Made by a program: the position numbers and the translations under genes. From the NCBI GenBank assembly GCA_963848295.1, contig CAWKDB010000010.1:896001-960000 (forward strand): a DNA stretch of 64,000 bases. Direction: 5' to 3'. Source of the DNA: an uncultured delta proteobacterium. GTDB taxonomy: Bacteria > Myxococcota_A > Polyangia > Haliangiales > Haliangiaceae. The notes under the pieces are model-generated. The model did no database searches. It had not been told where the DNA came from and saw only the letters and a program-made list of their open reading frames with translations. This document shows positions 22,197 through 32,537 of the stretch, piece after piece. Within the stretch, counting starts at the first letter, position 1, and each line of letters starts with the position of its first letter.

Positions 22197-24587
22197 GTGG
22201 TTGCTCGGAAGATCGCGCCGTTTGCCCTCGCCCTGTTTGCCACGATCGCCACGACCACCCCCGCACGAGCATCCGTAGATGCCGCGATCACCGGCATCGT
22301 CGAAGATCCCCTGTTGCACCCTCTGTCGCGCGCGACCGTCATCGTTCACGACGCCGCCGGCAAGACGGTCGGGCAGAAGCTGACCGGCAAGGACGGCAAG
22401 TTCTCGTTCACCGGCATTCCGTTCGGCGACTACACCGTCGAGGCGAGCTACCCGGGCTTGATGGGCGACCACCAGCATCTACAGATCCAATCGTCCGACA
22501 TCGCGCCGGTCGAGCTCGTGCTCGTCAGCAGCGAAGAGATCATCACGATGCACGAGGACTGGTCCGTTCCCGCGCCGAGCCGCGCGAGCGGCAGCGTCGC
22601 GACGATCACGAGGCAAGCGCTCGCCGAGCAGCCCGGGAGTGAAGATCGCCCGGTCACCGACGTCGTCGCCACCCAGCCCGGCGTCGTCGCCGATTCGCTC
22701 GGCAACATCTACGCGCGCGGCAACCACGCGAACGTCCAGTACCAGATCGACGGCGTCCCGGTGCCCGACTCGGTCGGCAGCTTGTTCGCCGCGTCGATCC
22801 CGGTCCGCCTGGTGCAAGGGCTCGAGGTGTTCACCGGCGGTATGCCGGCGGAGTTCGGCGATCGCCTCGGCGCGGTCGTGAACCTACGCACGCGTGAAGC
22901 CGGCGACATTCCCGAGGGCTCGGTCCAGCTGCGCTACGGATCGTACGACACGGTCGAGCCGAGCGCGGTCTATGCGACGAAGGTCGGCGATCGCGGGGGG
23001 ATGTTCGTCGGCGGCAGCTTGGATTACTCGCAGCGCGCGCTCGACCCGCCCTCGATCGATCCGATCTTGCACGACACCGGTTACACCGGTCGCGTGTTCG
23101 GCCGGTTCGACTACGCGCCGTGCGACGTCAACCGCTACGAGCTGTTCGCGACCTACGCGCACAATCGCTTCGACGTCCCGCTCGATCCGACCGCCGTGCC
23201 GTTCGATCCCGCGAACCCGGTGCAGCCGACCGATCAATACGGCAACGCCGCGCCGGCGTTCATCCCGCACGACACGAACGCGACCGAGACCGAGGACGAA
23301 GCGTTCGTCGCGCTGTCGTTCGTGCACAAGATCGACGACACCGAGTCGATCCAGATCTCGCCACTGTACAAGCTGTCCCGCGGATTATTGTTCAGCGATG
23401 CGGAGCACGCGCTCGGCGCCGGCGCCGATCCGGGATCGACCGCGAGCGACGTCACGCGGCTCGCACATCACGCCGGTGCGATCGTCGCGTACTCGAATCA
23501 CTTCGGGGACAATCTGCTGAAGGCCGGGCTCCAGCTCGACGGGTTGTACGGCGTGACCGACTTCACGTCGTACGTCCGCGACGACGCGACCGGTGGAGGC
23601 ATCGACCCGTCGATGACCGCGCGCGGCACCGACACGACGTACGCCGTGACCTCGGGCGTGTACGTCCAGGACCACTACTCGGCGCACGGCTTCGCGCTCG
23701 ATGCCGGCGTGCGCGTCGACGAGCTCCACGTGATCCTGCAGGGCGGCCAGACCAACGACTCGGCCGGCGTCAGCCCGCGGCTCGGCGGCTCGTACTCGGC
23801 GACGAAGGACACCGTGATTCACGCGTTCACCGGCGTGAACTGGCAGCCGCCGGCGCCGCTCGACGCCGCGAACGCCGCGCGCGCGCTCGGCGTCGTGCCG
23901 CCGAACCAACCCGTCGTCTACGACTTGAAGCCGGAGACCGATCTGTTCGCCGAGGTCGGCGTGACCTCTCGCCTCGTCAGCGAGCTGCGCGCCGGGCTCA
24001 CCGGCTGGGGCCGCTACGCCTACAACCAGCTCGACGACACGGCGATCGGCTCGACCAGCCTGCTGTCGAACTACAACTTCAGCCGCGGACGAGCGGCCGG
24101 TATCGAAGCCGATGTCCAGCTCCGGGTCGGCCCGTGGTTCACCGCGTTCGCGAACGGCTCCTACGGGTTCGCGGAGGGTCGCGGCATCTCGTCGGCGAAA
24201 TATCTGTTCTCCGCCGAAGATCTCGCGAACACCGGCTGGCAGACCCTCGACCATGCGCAGACGCTGACCGCGAACGGCGGCGTGACGGTCCGCGATGGTC
24301 GATTCAGCGCGTCGGGGATCGCGCAGTACGGCTCGGGTTTGCGCACCGGCCCCGACAACGACGAGCACGTGCCGGGTCACGTCCGCGTCGACCTCGGCAC
24401 GCAATACACGTTCACGCCGAAGGGCTATCCGCTCAAGCTCGCGATCGATGTCATCAACCTGTTCGACGCGCACTACGCCTATCGCATCGGCAACGGGTTC
24501 GTCGGCAGCTCGTACGGTGCCGCGCGCAGCGTGTTCGTCACGATCTCCGTGCCGCTCGCGCGCGAACGAAGCAAAGCGACGCACTGA
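22197..24587 (+). CDS. TonB-dependent outer-membrane receptor with N-terminal carboxypeptidase-regulatory-like domain
   Basis: Signal peptide, ITGIVED...GDYTVEAS, plug YQIDGVPV...GGMPAEFG, barrel SPRLG, LKPE, VINLFD..Y. Confidence 0.9.
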   Translation: MVARKIAPFALALFATIATTTPARASVDAAITGIVEDPLLHPLSRATVIVHDAAGKTVGQKLTGKDGKFSFTGIPFGDYTVEASYPGLMGDHQHLQIQSSDIAPVELVLVSSEEIITMHEDWSVPAPSRASGSVATITRQALAEQPGSEDRPVTDVVATQPGVVADSLGNIYARGNHANVQYQIDGVPVPDSVGSLFAASIPVRLVQGLEVFTGGMPAEFGDRLGAVVNLRTREAGDIPEGSVQLRYGSYDTVEPSAVYATKVGDRGGMFVGGSLDYSQRALDPPSIDPILHDTGYTGRVFGRFDYAPCDVNRYELFATYAHNRFDVPLDPTAVPFDPANPVQPTDQYGNAAPAFIPHDTNATETEDEAFVALSFVHKIDDTESIQISPLYKLSRGLLFSDAEHALGAGADPGSTASDVTRLAHHAGAIVAYSNHFGDNLLKAGLQLDGLYGVTDFTSYVRDDATGGGIDPSMTARGTDTTYAVTSGVYVQDHYSAHGFALDAGVRVDELHVILQGGQTNDSAGVSPRLGGSYSATKDTVIHAFTGVNWQPPAPLDAANAARALGVVPPNQPVVYDLKPETDLFAEVGVTSRLVSELRAGLTGWGRYAYNQLDDTAIGSTSLLSNYNFSRGRAAGIEADVQLRVGPWFTAFANGSYGFAEGRGISSAKYLFSAEDLANTGWQTLDHAQTLTANGGVTVRDGRFSASGIAQYGSGLRTGPDNDEHVPGHVRVDLGTQYTFTPKGYPLKLAIDVINLFDAHYAYRIGNGFVGSSYGAARSVFVTISVPLARERSKATH

Positions 24588-24615
24588 CAGCGGCGCAATC
24601 GCGTAGGCTCACCGG

Positions 24616-25272
24616 ATGAAGACGATCGCGTGTATTGCCCTGAGTCTCGTCGCGTGCTCGAAGAAGCCGAGCGGCGACCAATGCCAGCAGATCACCGACA
24701 AGGCCATGCCGGTGATGCAAGAGATGGCGAAAGCGGCCGGCAAGGACATGCCGCCCGGCGGCGCCGACGAGCTCACCCAGCAGTGCCGCGATCGACTGAA
24801 GTCCGGCAAGCCGCTCGACGCGGACAGCAAGTGCATGCTCGCCGCCGGCGATCAGGCCGCGGTGCGCGCCTGCTTCGAAGCAGGCCTCAAGGACTATCAG
24901 CGCAAGTCGAAGGCGATAAATGGCAAGGTCGCGCTGCATGCCGCTTCGAGAAGCGCGAAGGAAGCGTTCGTCGACAAGAACGCTTACGTCGTCGGTAAAG
25001 CGGGCCCGACGCCGGCGACCGCGTGCTGCGCGCAGCCCGACCATGTCTGCGCCGAAAACCCCACCGACTGGACGCAGTCCCCGATCTGGACCGCGCTCCA
25101 GATCCAGGGCGCCGAGTCGAATCAGTACCAGTTGACGTACGAGAGCACCGACGGCAAGTCGTTCGTGATGACCGCGATCGGCGATCCCGACTGCGACGGC
25201 CATCCGATGACGCTCACCACCCACGGCAGCATCGGATCGAACGGCGAGCCGGTCGCCGACGACCCGAAGTAA
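24616..25272 (+). CDS. Lipoprotein with C-terminal type IV pilin-like globular domain
   Basis: Lipobox LVAC; YQRKSK helix, TP..CC...C, W..L and GDPDCDG motif resembling myxobacterial pilin heads. Confidence 0.65.
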   Translation: MKTIACIALSLVACSKKPSGDQCQQITDKAMPVMQEMAKAAGKDMPPGGADELTQQCRDRLKSGKPLDADSKCMLAAGDQAAVRACFEAGLKDYQRKSKAINGKVALHAASRSAKEAFVDKNAYVVGKAGPTPATACCAQPDHVCAENPTDWTQSPIWTALQIQGAESNQYQLTYESTDGKSFVMTAIGDPDCDGHPMTLTTHGSIGSNGEPVADDPK

Positions 25273-25275
25273 CGG

Positions 25276-25503
25276 CTAGCGCTTGTCGCTGTCTTCAACG
25301 AGCCGCGGCACGCCGCGCACCGGCTCGTGCGGCTCGACCTTGTCGCGGACGAACGCGATGAATGCCATCGCCGGTCGCCGCGACGACTCGGACATCGCGA
25401 ACCGGATGCCCTCGAGCGCCCAGCCGCGGCTGACCCACGCGTTGACCGCTTCCTCGATCGACTCGTCGGTGACGATCGAGAGCTCGACGAACTTGTAGAC
25501 CAT
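25276..25503 (-). CDS. Small DUF4177-like protein
   Basis: MVYKFVEL...EEAVNAWVSRGW pattern; ATG overlaps the hemB stop. Confidence 0.7.
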   Translation of the reverse strand: MVYKFVELSIVTDESIEEAVNAWVSRGWALEGIRFAMSESSRRPAMAFIAFVRDKVEPHEPVRGVPRLVEDSDKR

Positions 25504-26483
25504 CAGCGCGCCTTCGCGAGCAGCTTCGCCGCGTACGGCGCGTGGTACGTGATGATCGTATCGGCGCCGGCGCGGCGAATGCCGAGCAGCGTCTCGATCA
25601 CGATCCGCTCCTTGTCGATCCAGCCCTTCTCGGCGGCGGCTTCGATCATCGCGTACTCGCCCGAGACGTTGTACGCGCAGATCGGCATGTTGATCTCGTC
25701 GGACACGGCGCGGATCACGTCGAGGTACGCGAGCGCAGGCTTGACCATGATCATGTCGGCGCCTTCGGCGACGTCCATCGCGGCCTCGCGCACCGCCTCG
25801 GCGACGTTGCCCGGATCCATCTGGTAGCCCTTGCGGTCGCCTTGCTGCGGCGCGGAGTCGACGGCCTCGCGGAACGGGCCGTAGTACGCCGATGCGTACT
25901 TCGCGGAGTACGCGAGGATCGCGATCTGATCGTGACCTTCTTCGTCGAGGCTCTCGCGACACGCGCCGACGAAGCCATCGAGCATGCCGCTCGGCGCGAC
26001 GACATCGACGCCCGCCTTCGCGTAGCTCACGACCATGCGCGCGAGGTTCTCGAGCGACGCGTCGTTGTCGAGCTCGCCGTGAGACAGCACACCGCAGTGG
26101 CCGTGATCGGTGTACTCGCAGAAACACGCGTCGGCGATCACGACGAGGTCGGGGCGCGCCTTCTTGATCGCGCGGATCGCCTTCTGGACGCCGCCCGAGT
26201 CCTTCCACGCCTCCGAGCCGACCGCGTCCTTGTGCTCGGGGATGCCGAACAGGATCACGCTCGGGATGCCGAGGTCGAACGCGCGCGAGGCCGCCTCGAC
26301 GACCTTGTCGACCGAGTAGTGCGACTGGCCGGGCAGCGAGCTGATCGGCTTGTCGATATTCGAGCCCGGGACGACGAACAGCGGATAGATGAAGTCGTCG
26401 ACGGACAGCCGGGTCTCGCGCACCATGCGGCGCAGCGTCTCGGTCCGTCGCATCCGGCGCGGCCGGTAGTCGGGGTATTGCAT
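25503..26483 (-). CDS. hemB: Porphobilinogen synthase (delta-aminolevulinate dehydratase)
   Basis: [50 protein letters not shown]. Confidence 0.98.
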   Translation of the reverse strand: MQYPDYRPRRMRRTETLRRMVRETRLSVDDFIYPLFVVPGSNIDKPISSLPGQSHYSVDKVVEAASRAFDLGIPSVILFGIPEHKDAVGSEAWKDSGGVQKAIRAIKKARPDLVVIADACFCEYTDHGHCGVLSHGELDNDASLENLARMVVSYAKAGVDVVAPSGMLDGFVGACRESLDEEGHDQIAILAYSAKYASAYYGPFREAVDSAPQQGDRKGYQMDPGNVAEAVREAAMDVAEGADMIMVKPALAYLDVIRAVSDEINMPICAYNVSGEYAMIEAAAEKGWIDKERIVIETLLGIRRAGADTIITYHAPYAAKLLAKAR

Positions 26484-27220
26484 CACCTCGGTGGATACAC
26501 CGCCGCGACCGCTCGCGCTATTCCCTCCGGCGTCGGGGTGGCGGCGACCGCGACCTCGGCGACGCCCGCGGCCCGCAACGCAGCCGCCGTCGTGTCGCCG
26601 ATCGCGCCGTAGTGCGTCGCGATCGCGGCGAGCGGGCCGATCAGCGCGGCGAGCGCGGTGACTTGGGAGGGTGCGAACAGGGCACACACCGCGGCGCGCC
26701 CGGACTCGAGCAGCTCCCTGCCGCGAACGAGCTGCGGCTCGCCGGCATCGACCGCGACCGTGCGGTACGCGATGACGTCGACGACGTCGGCGCCGGCGGC
26801 GCGCAAGATCTCGACCGCGTCGGTCCGGCCCTCTTCCGCGCGCGGCACGAGCACGCGGCGCCCGGCGAGCGCGCGCGCGGCGACGAGCCGGCGTGCGAGC
26901 TCGGCGCCGTCGTTCGCCCCGTCGGGGTGGTGCGCCGCGATCTTCGCGATGCCGAGCGCGCGTCGGGTCGCCGGCCCCACCGCCCAGACCTCGGGCAGCT
27001 CGCGACCGGCGGCCGCGCGAGCGAGCTCTTGCGCCGCGCGCGGGCTCGCGACGACGATCGCGGCGTAATCCAGGTCGAGCGCCCGGGGCAAGGCCTCGCG
27101 ATCCGCGGCGGCGGCGGTCTTCGTCACCGGCATCGCGACGGTCTCGAGCCCGAGCGGCGCGAGCGCCGCGGCATACGCTGCCGCGGACGCGAGGTCGCGA
27201 GTCACCACGGCGAACGCCAT
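26483..27220 (-). CDS. hemD: Uroporphyrinogen-III synthase
   Basis: [32 protein letters not shown]; adjacent to hemB. Confidence 0.88.
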   Translation of the reverse strand: MAFAVVTRDLASAAAYAAALAPLGLETVAMPVTKTAAAADREALPRALDLDYAAIVVASPRAAQELARAAAGRELPEVWAVGPATRRALGIAKIAAHHPDGANDGAELARRLVAARALAGRRVLVPRAEEGRTDAVEILRAAGADVVDVIAYRTVAVDAGEPQLVRGRELLESGRAAVCALFAPSQVTALAALIGPLAAIATHYGAIGDTTAAALRAAGVAEVAVAATPTPEGIARAVAAVYPPR

Positions 27221-27225
27221 ACCTC

Positions 27226-27235
27226 ATGGTAGCGT
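27226..27235. promoter_or_regulatory. Overlapping divergent -10 elements in a 21-bp intergenic gap
   Basis: TACCAT on the minus strand (27231-27226, 5 nt before hemD ATG) and TAGCGT on the plus strand (27230-27235, 6 nt before GTG 27242). Confidence 0.55.
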
Positions 27236-27241
27236 GCTGCG

Positions 27242-27733
27242 GTGCGCTCGTTCCTGATTGTCGCGCTGATCGCGATCGGCTGCTCGACCACCGGCGCGCG
27301 CGAGGATCATCCGGTGGCGAACAGGACCAGCACGGCGACGACGCCAGCGCAGCCGAGCGGCGCCAAGGTCTACATCGGCACGCCGCGCGGCGAGGTCGCG
27401 GTTGCGGTCGAGGTCGTCAAGACGCCACGCGCGATCGAGCGTGGCCTGATGTACCGCCAGAACCTCCCGCCCGACGACGGCATGTTGTTCCTGCTCGGCG
27501 TCGAGAAGGATTGGCCGTTCTGGATGCGAAACACGCTGATCCCGCTCGACATGATCTACATCGCGAAGAACATGACGGTGGTCGGCGTCATCGCGAACGC
27601 CGAGCCCGAGACCGACACGATCCGTTCGGTCGGTGAGACCTCGCTCTACGTCCTCGAGGTCAACGGCGGGTGGTGCGCCTCGCGCGGCGTCGCCGTCGGC
27701 TCGAAGGTCCGGTTCGAAAAAGTCGAGCGCTAG
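27242..27733 (+). CDS. DUF192 family lipoprotein
   Basis: [33 protein letters not shown]; lipobox AIGC. Confidence 0.92.
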   Translation: MRSFLIVALIAIGCSTTGAREDHPVANRTSTATTPAQPSGAKVYIGTPRGEVAVAVEVVKTPRAIERGLMYRQNLPPDDGMLFLLGVEKDWPFWMRNTLIPLDMIYIAKNMTVVGVIANAEPETDTIRSVGETSLYVLEVNGGWCASRGVAVGSKVRFEKVER

Positions 27734-27741
27734 ACCTGTCC

Positions 27742-28419
27742 CTAGACGCCGAGGTGCATCGGGCTGTGCGTGACGGTCGCGCAGAAGACGTTCGAGTAGC
27801 CCGATTCGCCGTTCGCGTTGTACGCGGTGAGCGCGAAGCACGCCTGGTCGCCGATCCGCAGGTGGAGATCGGTCCAGCCGTCATACGCCGACGACGGCAT
27901 CGCGGGATCGAAGCCCGCGCGATCGACCGAGATGTCATCGATCTGCGTGAACGTCGACGTGTCGTCGGTCGAGCCCATGTACAGGCGGTAGCCCTCGATC
28001 ATGTCCGCCGGTGCGTTCGGGTTCCACGTGAGCGTGATCGTGACGCCGATCGCGCACGTCGCGCAGCCGACGGTGACGGCGACGGCCGCGGTCGAGGTCG
28101 TGCCATCGGGGTTCGACACCGTGTAGTGCAACGAGTCGGCGCCGAGATAGTCGGTGCCCGGCGTGTAGGTCAGCGTTCCGCTCGAGTCGATCGACGCCGT
28201 GCCGTAAGCCGGCGTCGTGATCGCGAGCGTCGCGCCGTCGTCGACGCCGTCGTCGTTGTCGAGCACGTCGAGTTGCGCCGGCGTGTTCATCTCGACCGCG
28301 AGCTGATCGTCGACCGCGTCGAGCGCGGTGACTCCACCGCTGCCGCCGCCGGGTTTCGTCTTCGAAGCGCAGGCGACCGTCAGTAACATCGTCGCAACAC
28401 AAAGCATCGAGGTGCGCAT
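27742..28419 (-). CDS. Lipoprotein with bacterial Ig/cadherin-like and fibronectin-III-like domains
   Basis: Lipobox TVAC; AVDD...LDVLDND...LTYTP...GADSLHYTV; LTWNPN...GYRLY...FALTAYN..GESGYSN. Confidence 0.8.
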   Translation of the reverse strand: MRTSMLCVATMLLTVACASKTKPGGGSGGVTALDAVDDQLAVEMNTPAQLDVLDNDDGVDDGATLAITTPAYGTASIDSSGTLTYTPGTDYLGADSLHYTVSNPDGTTSTAAVAVTVGCATCAIGVTITLTWNPNAPADMIEGYRLYMGSTDDTSTFTQIDDISVDRAGFDPAMPSSAYDGWTDLHLRIGDQACFALTAYNANGESGYSNVFCATVTHSPMHLGV

Positions 28420-28432
28420 GACGGCGATGAAG

Positions 28433-28448
28433 TGCAAGCGCGAGGCCG
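28433..28448 (-). promoter_or_regulatory. Possible sigma54 -24/-12 promoter
   Basis: Minus strand CGGCCTCGCGCTTGCA (GG-N10-GC), 13 nt before ATG 28419. Confidence 0.35.
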
Positions 28449-28571
28449 CGCGAGATTTCACGGGCTTGCTCGCGCCGAGCGCCGGTCTTGCCGGCGAGCC
28501 GAGTTGCCGGTTGGGGGCTGGGACGCCCCGACCTCGCAGTTGTGACCGCGTTCATCGCGTCGCTGCGGTGA

Positions 28572-31343
28572 TCACGGCGTCGACCCGCCGCTGCCACCGC
28601 TCGGCGGATCGGTGACGTACGGCGGGATCTGCACGGTGATCGACGCGCTCTGCGTCGCGGGCGTAGCTGCGACGCTGACCGGCTGACAGACCGCGAGCAA
28701 CGTCCCACCGTGGCGCTCCGCGTAGCTCATCGCGCCGAACCCCTGGACCTGCAGCGGCAACGCGACGACGCACGCCGAGTACGTACCCGGCACGACGTCG
28801 GTGAACACCGCGGGACCGCCCGCGCGGATGATCGACATCTGCGATGTGCCCGCGCCTGCAGCCGCGAGGGCGAGCGACAGCGCCTGCGCCGTCGTCGCCG
28901 CGATCGGCACGCTCGAGATGTAGGCGACCGCCATCCCGACCGGACTGCCGGTCGCGACCGCGGTGAGATCGAGCTCGACCTCGCCTTGGTTGACCGTGAG
29001 GTTGACGGTGACGTTCGCGCCGGGCGGCACGTCGACTTGTTGCGAGTAGAACTGCAAGCCTCGGCGCGGCGACCCGATCGTCGCGGACACTTTGTACGTA
29101 TCGGGCGCGAGGCGATCGAAGCGAAACGCGCCGTCCGGTCCGGCGACGACGACGTTGAGCGCGCCGGGTGTCGTCGTCGATTGCGCCGTGACCGGCAGGC
29201 CCGCCGCGGGCTGAGTGCCTTGCATCAACACGCCGGAGATCGACCCGTAGGGCTGGAGCTCGATCACGAGCTGGGTCGCGGTCTGCGAGCCCTCGGGCAC
29301 GAGCACCGCCTTGCTGCGGCCGATCGGCGGGAGATCCGCGATGATCGTCAAGTTGCCGTCGCCGAAACCCGCGAGCGAGAACGAGCCGTCGGGACCGGTC
29401 GTGTCGGTCTTCGTGCTGCCCGCGAACGTGCCCGGGAGGTTGCCCATCGGCGTGTCGTTCGTGCTGCCGCCGCCGATCACTTGGCGACCGGCGTAGACCG
29501 TCGCGCCCGGGACCGGTTGGCTGCCCGACACGACGATGCCGGCGAGCTGGCGACCTTGCGTGACCGAGATCGTGCCGACGTCGGCGGTCTTGTTCGACTC
29601 GACCGTGACGTCGACGCCTTTGCTGTCGAAACTCGGACCGCGGACCTGCAAGTTGTAGTTGCCGGGTGGTACGCCGGTGATCTCGAAGTCGCCAGTGACG
29701 AACGAGTCTTGGATCGGACCGAGCGTCACCGTGATCGCGGTCGGCGCATGCCCGTCGGTGAACGCGACCGTGCCTTTGACGCCGCCTTCGCCGGGCAACA
29801 CGATCTTCACCTGATCGTCGCCGGTCTTGGCATCGACGCCGTCGCCGCCGCGCCGACCTCGGCCACCGCCGAAGCCATGCGCATCGCCGCTGCGACTCGC
29901 GCGCACCCGGTAGTTGCCCTCGGCGAGCCCGGTCAGCTTGAACCGACCGCCGGCATCGGTGATCTCGACGTTGCGTCCACCGCCGCCGCGCATCATCCCC
30001 GGGTTGAAGCCGCCGCCGCCGCCGTCCATGCGCGGCGACGCCGAGACCTGCGCGCCCTCGACCGGGTTGCCGTCGAGATCGACGACCTCGCCGGCGATCG
30101 ACGCCGTGAGATCGAGCGTGATCACGACCTTGTCGACGTCGCCTTTCGAGGCGTCGACCTCGACGCCGCTCGACCCGCCCTTCTCGTGCGTCGCCGAGGC
30201 GACGAGTTGTTCGCGCGGCAGCCCGCGGATCGAGAACCCACCCGACGCATCGCTGTACGCTTGGCGCGCCGGTTGGCGACCACCGCCGAACCCGGGGCCG
30301 CGGCGGCCCCGGCCCGACGGCCCGATCCGGACGCGCGCTCCCTCGACCGGACCGCCGGCGACATCGACGACCTTGCCGCGCACCACGACCCCGGGCGCGA
30401 GCGTGACGACGACATCGCGCTTCTCGGTCACACCGTCGAGCGTGACCATCGCGGAGGTTCCCGACGCGTGATCGGGATGCGTCGCGAGAAACCGAAACGA
30501 GCCCGCCGGCAACGCCGCGAATCGGAACGCGCCTTTCGCGTCGGTCGTGATCGCGTCGAGTCGCGGATCCGCGGGAGAGCGGAACTCGCTAGCGGCGACG
30601 TTCAACACGCGCGCGCCGGCGACCGGATTGCCTTCGCTATCGACGACGCGCCCCGAGACCGCGGCGCCCGTCACGAGCGCGAGCCTGACCGCGAGCTCGC
30701 CGCGGACCCGCACCCGCTTGTACGTCTTCGCCGATCCTGCCGCATACGCGACGATGTCGTACGGCCCGGGCAGCACCGGCTTGAACGTGACCATCCCACC
30801 TCGCGTCACGTCGGTCTGCAGATCGTCGCCGCGCAGCTCGACCGTGGCGGCGTCGACGGGCTTGCCATCGCTGCCGACCACGGTCACGGCGACCGCCGCG
30901 CCGGCTCGCAGGTGCAGCACGATCGGCTCGGTGTTCGCCGTCAACCGTGCGGTCACCGGCCCGGCGACCCCCTCCGGTGCGCGCGCGAGCAACGTGTACG
31001 ACCTGCCGACGAGGTGCTCGAACACGAAGCTGCCATCCGCTTGGGTCGCGACCGAGCGCGGCGGGTTTGCGACGAGCACGACCGTGGCGCCGGCGACCGG
31101 GTGGTCCGCCTCGCCCACGACCTGGCCCTCGAGCCGGAGCGTGCCGACCGGATCATCATCGGCGAGCACCGGGAGCTGCGCGATCGGGTCGCCACCCGGT
31201 GCGCGGTCGATCGAGCGCGGGATCGCCGGATCGCTTCGGCCCGGCTCGACCTTCGCCGCGTCATTGCCGCGATGATGCCGCCATGCGATCGCGACGCCGA
31301 CGACAACCAGCGCACATCCGGCGACAACCAGCGCACGTTTCAC
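28572..31343 (-). CDS. Membrane-anchored protein with multiple carboxypeptidase-regulatory-like (beta-sandwich) repeats
   Basis: N-terminal TM; repeated GxVVDxxGxPVxGAxV...TDxxGxFxxxxL units; GTG start inside ORF 28572..31400. Confidence 0.85.
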   Translation of the reverse strand: MKRALVVAGCALVVVGVAIAWRHHRGNDAAKVEPGRSDPAIPRSIDRAPGGDPIAQLPVLADDDPVGTLRLEGQVVGEADHPVAGATVVLVANPPRSVATQADGSFVFEHLVGRSYTLLARAPEGVAGPVTARLTANTEPIVLHLRAGAAVAVTVVGSDGKPVDAATVELRGDDLQTDVTRGGMVTFKPVLPGPYDIVAYAAGSAKTYKRVRVRGELAVRLALVTGAAVSGRVVDSEGNPVAGARVLNVAASEFRSPADPRLDAITTDAKGAFRFAALPAGSFRFLATHPDHASGTSAMVTLDGVTEKRDVVVTLAPGVVVRGKVVDVAGGPVEGARVRIGPSGRGRRGPGFGGGRQPARQAYSDASGGFSIRGLPREQLVASATHEKGGSSGVEVDASKGDVDKVVITLDLTASIAGEVVDLDGNPVEGAQVSASPRMDGGGGGFNPGMMRGGGGRNVEITDAGGRFKLTGLAEGNYRVRASRSGDAHGFGGGRGRRGGDGVDAKTGDDQVKIVLPGEGGVKGTVAFTDGHAPTAITVTLGPIQDSFVTGDFEITGVPPGNYNLQVRGPSFDSKGVDVTVESNKTADVGTISVTQGRQLAGIVVSGSQPVPGATVYAGRQVIGGGSTNDTPMGNLPGTFAGSTKTDTTGPDGSFSLAGFGDGNLTIIADLPPIGRSKAVLVPEGSQTATQLVIELQPYGSISGVLMQGTQPAAGLPVTAQSTTTPGALNVVVAGPDGAFRFDRLAPDTYKVSATIGSPRRGLQFYSQQVDVPPGANVTVNLTVNQGEVELDLTAVATGSPVGMAVAYISSVPIAATTAQALSLALAAAGAGTSQMSIIRAGGPAVFTDVVPGTYSACVVALPLQVQGFGAMSYAERHGGTLLAVCQPVSVAATPATQSASITVQIPPYVTDPPSGGSGGSTP

Positions 31344-31511
31344 GAGCGCATCATCGCAGAATCCTGTGTGAACATGTTTTTCAGCCCCGACGCCGATCAT
31401 TTATCGGGGCGTGAGGCGCCGATCACTGCAACAAGGGACCGTTCCTGCTTATTGTGCAGCGTCGGGGTTCTGGGATAGAACACGGCATCCGAATCTTGCT
31501 CAGGGGAGCCC

Positions 31512-32537
31512 ATGCTGAATCGTAAGCATCTCTTAGCCGCGCTGTTGCCGGCCTCGATCGTCGCCTGTGGCGGCGGTGGCGGCACCATCATTCCCGCTGG
31601 TCCTCACACCCACTACGTGGCCGACAACATCTACGTGCCGACCAATAACACCGAGGCGCGTCAGGACGGCCTCGACCTCAACGGCGACGGCACCGTCGAC
31701 AATCAGCTCGGCATGGTGTTGTCGGCGCTGGCGAGCACCGCCGGCTTCGACATCCAAGGCACGATCAACAAGTCGGTCCAAGAGGGCACGATCATCTTGC
31801 TCGGCGATGTCCAGACGACGGACTTCACGAACGCCGCGGCCGCCGGCATGCAGGTGTTGCTCGGCGACAGCGCCGACCCCGCCGCGTGCAACACCGGCGA
31901 GACCTACACGTGCGACATGTCGACCCCGCCGGTGTGCTCGGGCTGCGGCCATCACCTGACCGGGTCCGCGAGCTTCCAGATCGCGGCGGACTCGCCGACC
32001 GACGCCGAGCTCGCCGGCAAGTTCATCAACACCACGTTCGACGGCGGCCCGGGCGACATCACGCTCCAGATCGCGTTGACCGCGGGTAACCCGATCACGC
32101 TGAACCTCATGGGCGCGCGGATCGAGGCGAACGACGTCTCGGCGACCGAGATCGGCGATCCGACCGCCGAGCCACCGACCGGCGCCGTGCTCGCTGGCGC
32201 GATCAGCCAGGACGACATCAACAACACCGTGTTGCCCGCGGTTCAGAGCCAGCTCAACCCGCTCGTCATGCGCGACTGCACCATGCTGTCGGCCCCGCCC
32301 GGCTGCGGCTGCACCGATGGCTCGACCGGCAAGCTGATCCTCGGCTTCTTCGACGGCGATCTCATGAACGACCCGGCGGACTGCATGGTCTCGCTCGACG
32401 AGCTCGAGGGCAACACGCTGATCATGAGCCTGCTCATGCCGGACGTCACGATCAACGGCGTCATGGCGCTGTCGCTCGGCATCAAGGCGACGTTCGTCGG
32501 TGGCACGTTCACGGTTCCCGGCGAGACGACGCCTTAG
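31512..32537 (+). CDS. Acidic Cys-rich lipoprotein, function unknown
   Basis: GGGGAG Shine-Dalgarno; lipobox IVAC; DLNGDG loop; several Cys. Confidence 0.8.
   Translation: MLNRKHLLAALLPASIVACGGGGGTIIPAGPHTHYVADNIYVPTNNTEARQDGLDLNGDGTVDNQLGMVLSALASTAGFDIQGTINKSVQEGTIILLGDVQTTDFTNAAAAGMQVLLGDSADPAACNTGETYTCDMSTPPVCSGCGHHLTGSASFQIAADSPTDAELAGKFINTTFDGGPGDITLQIALTAGNPITLNLMGARIEANDVSATEIGDPTAEPPTGAVLAGAISQDDINNTVLPAVQSQLNPLVMRDCTMLSAPPGCGCTDGSTGKLILGFFDGDLMNDPADCMVSLDELEGNTLIMSLLMPDVTINGVMALSLGIKATFVGGTFTVPGETTP

Noticed and set aside
31301..31336. 15-bp direct repeat CGACAACCAGCGCAC x2
   Set aside because: Only two copies, in frame within the hydrophobic leader (ALVVAGCALVV); a local duplication, not CRISPR or an att site.
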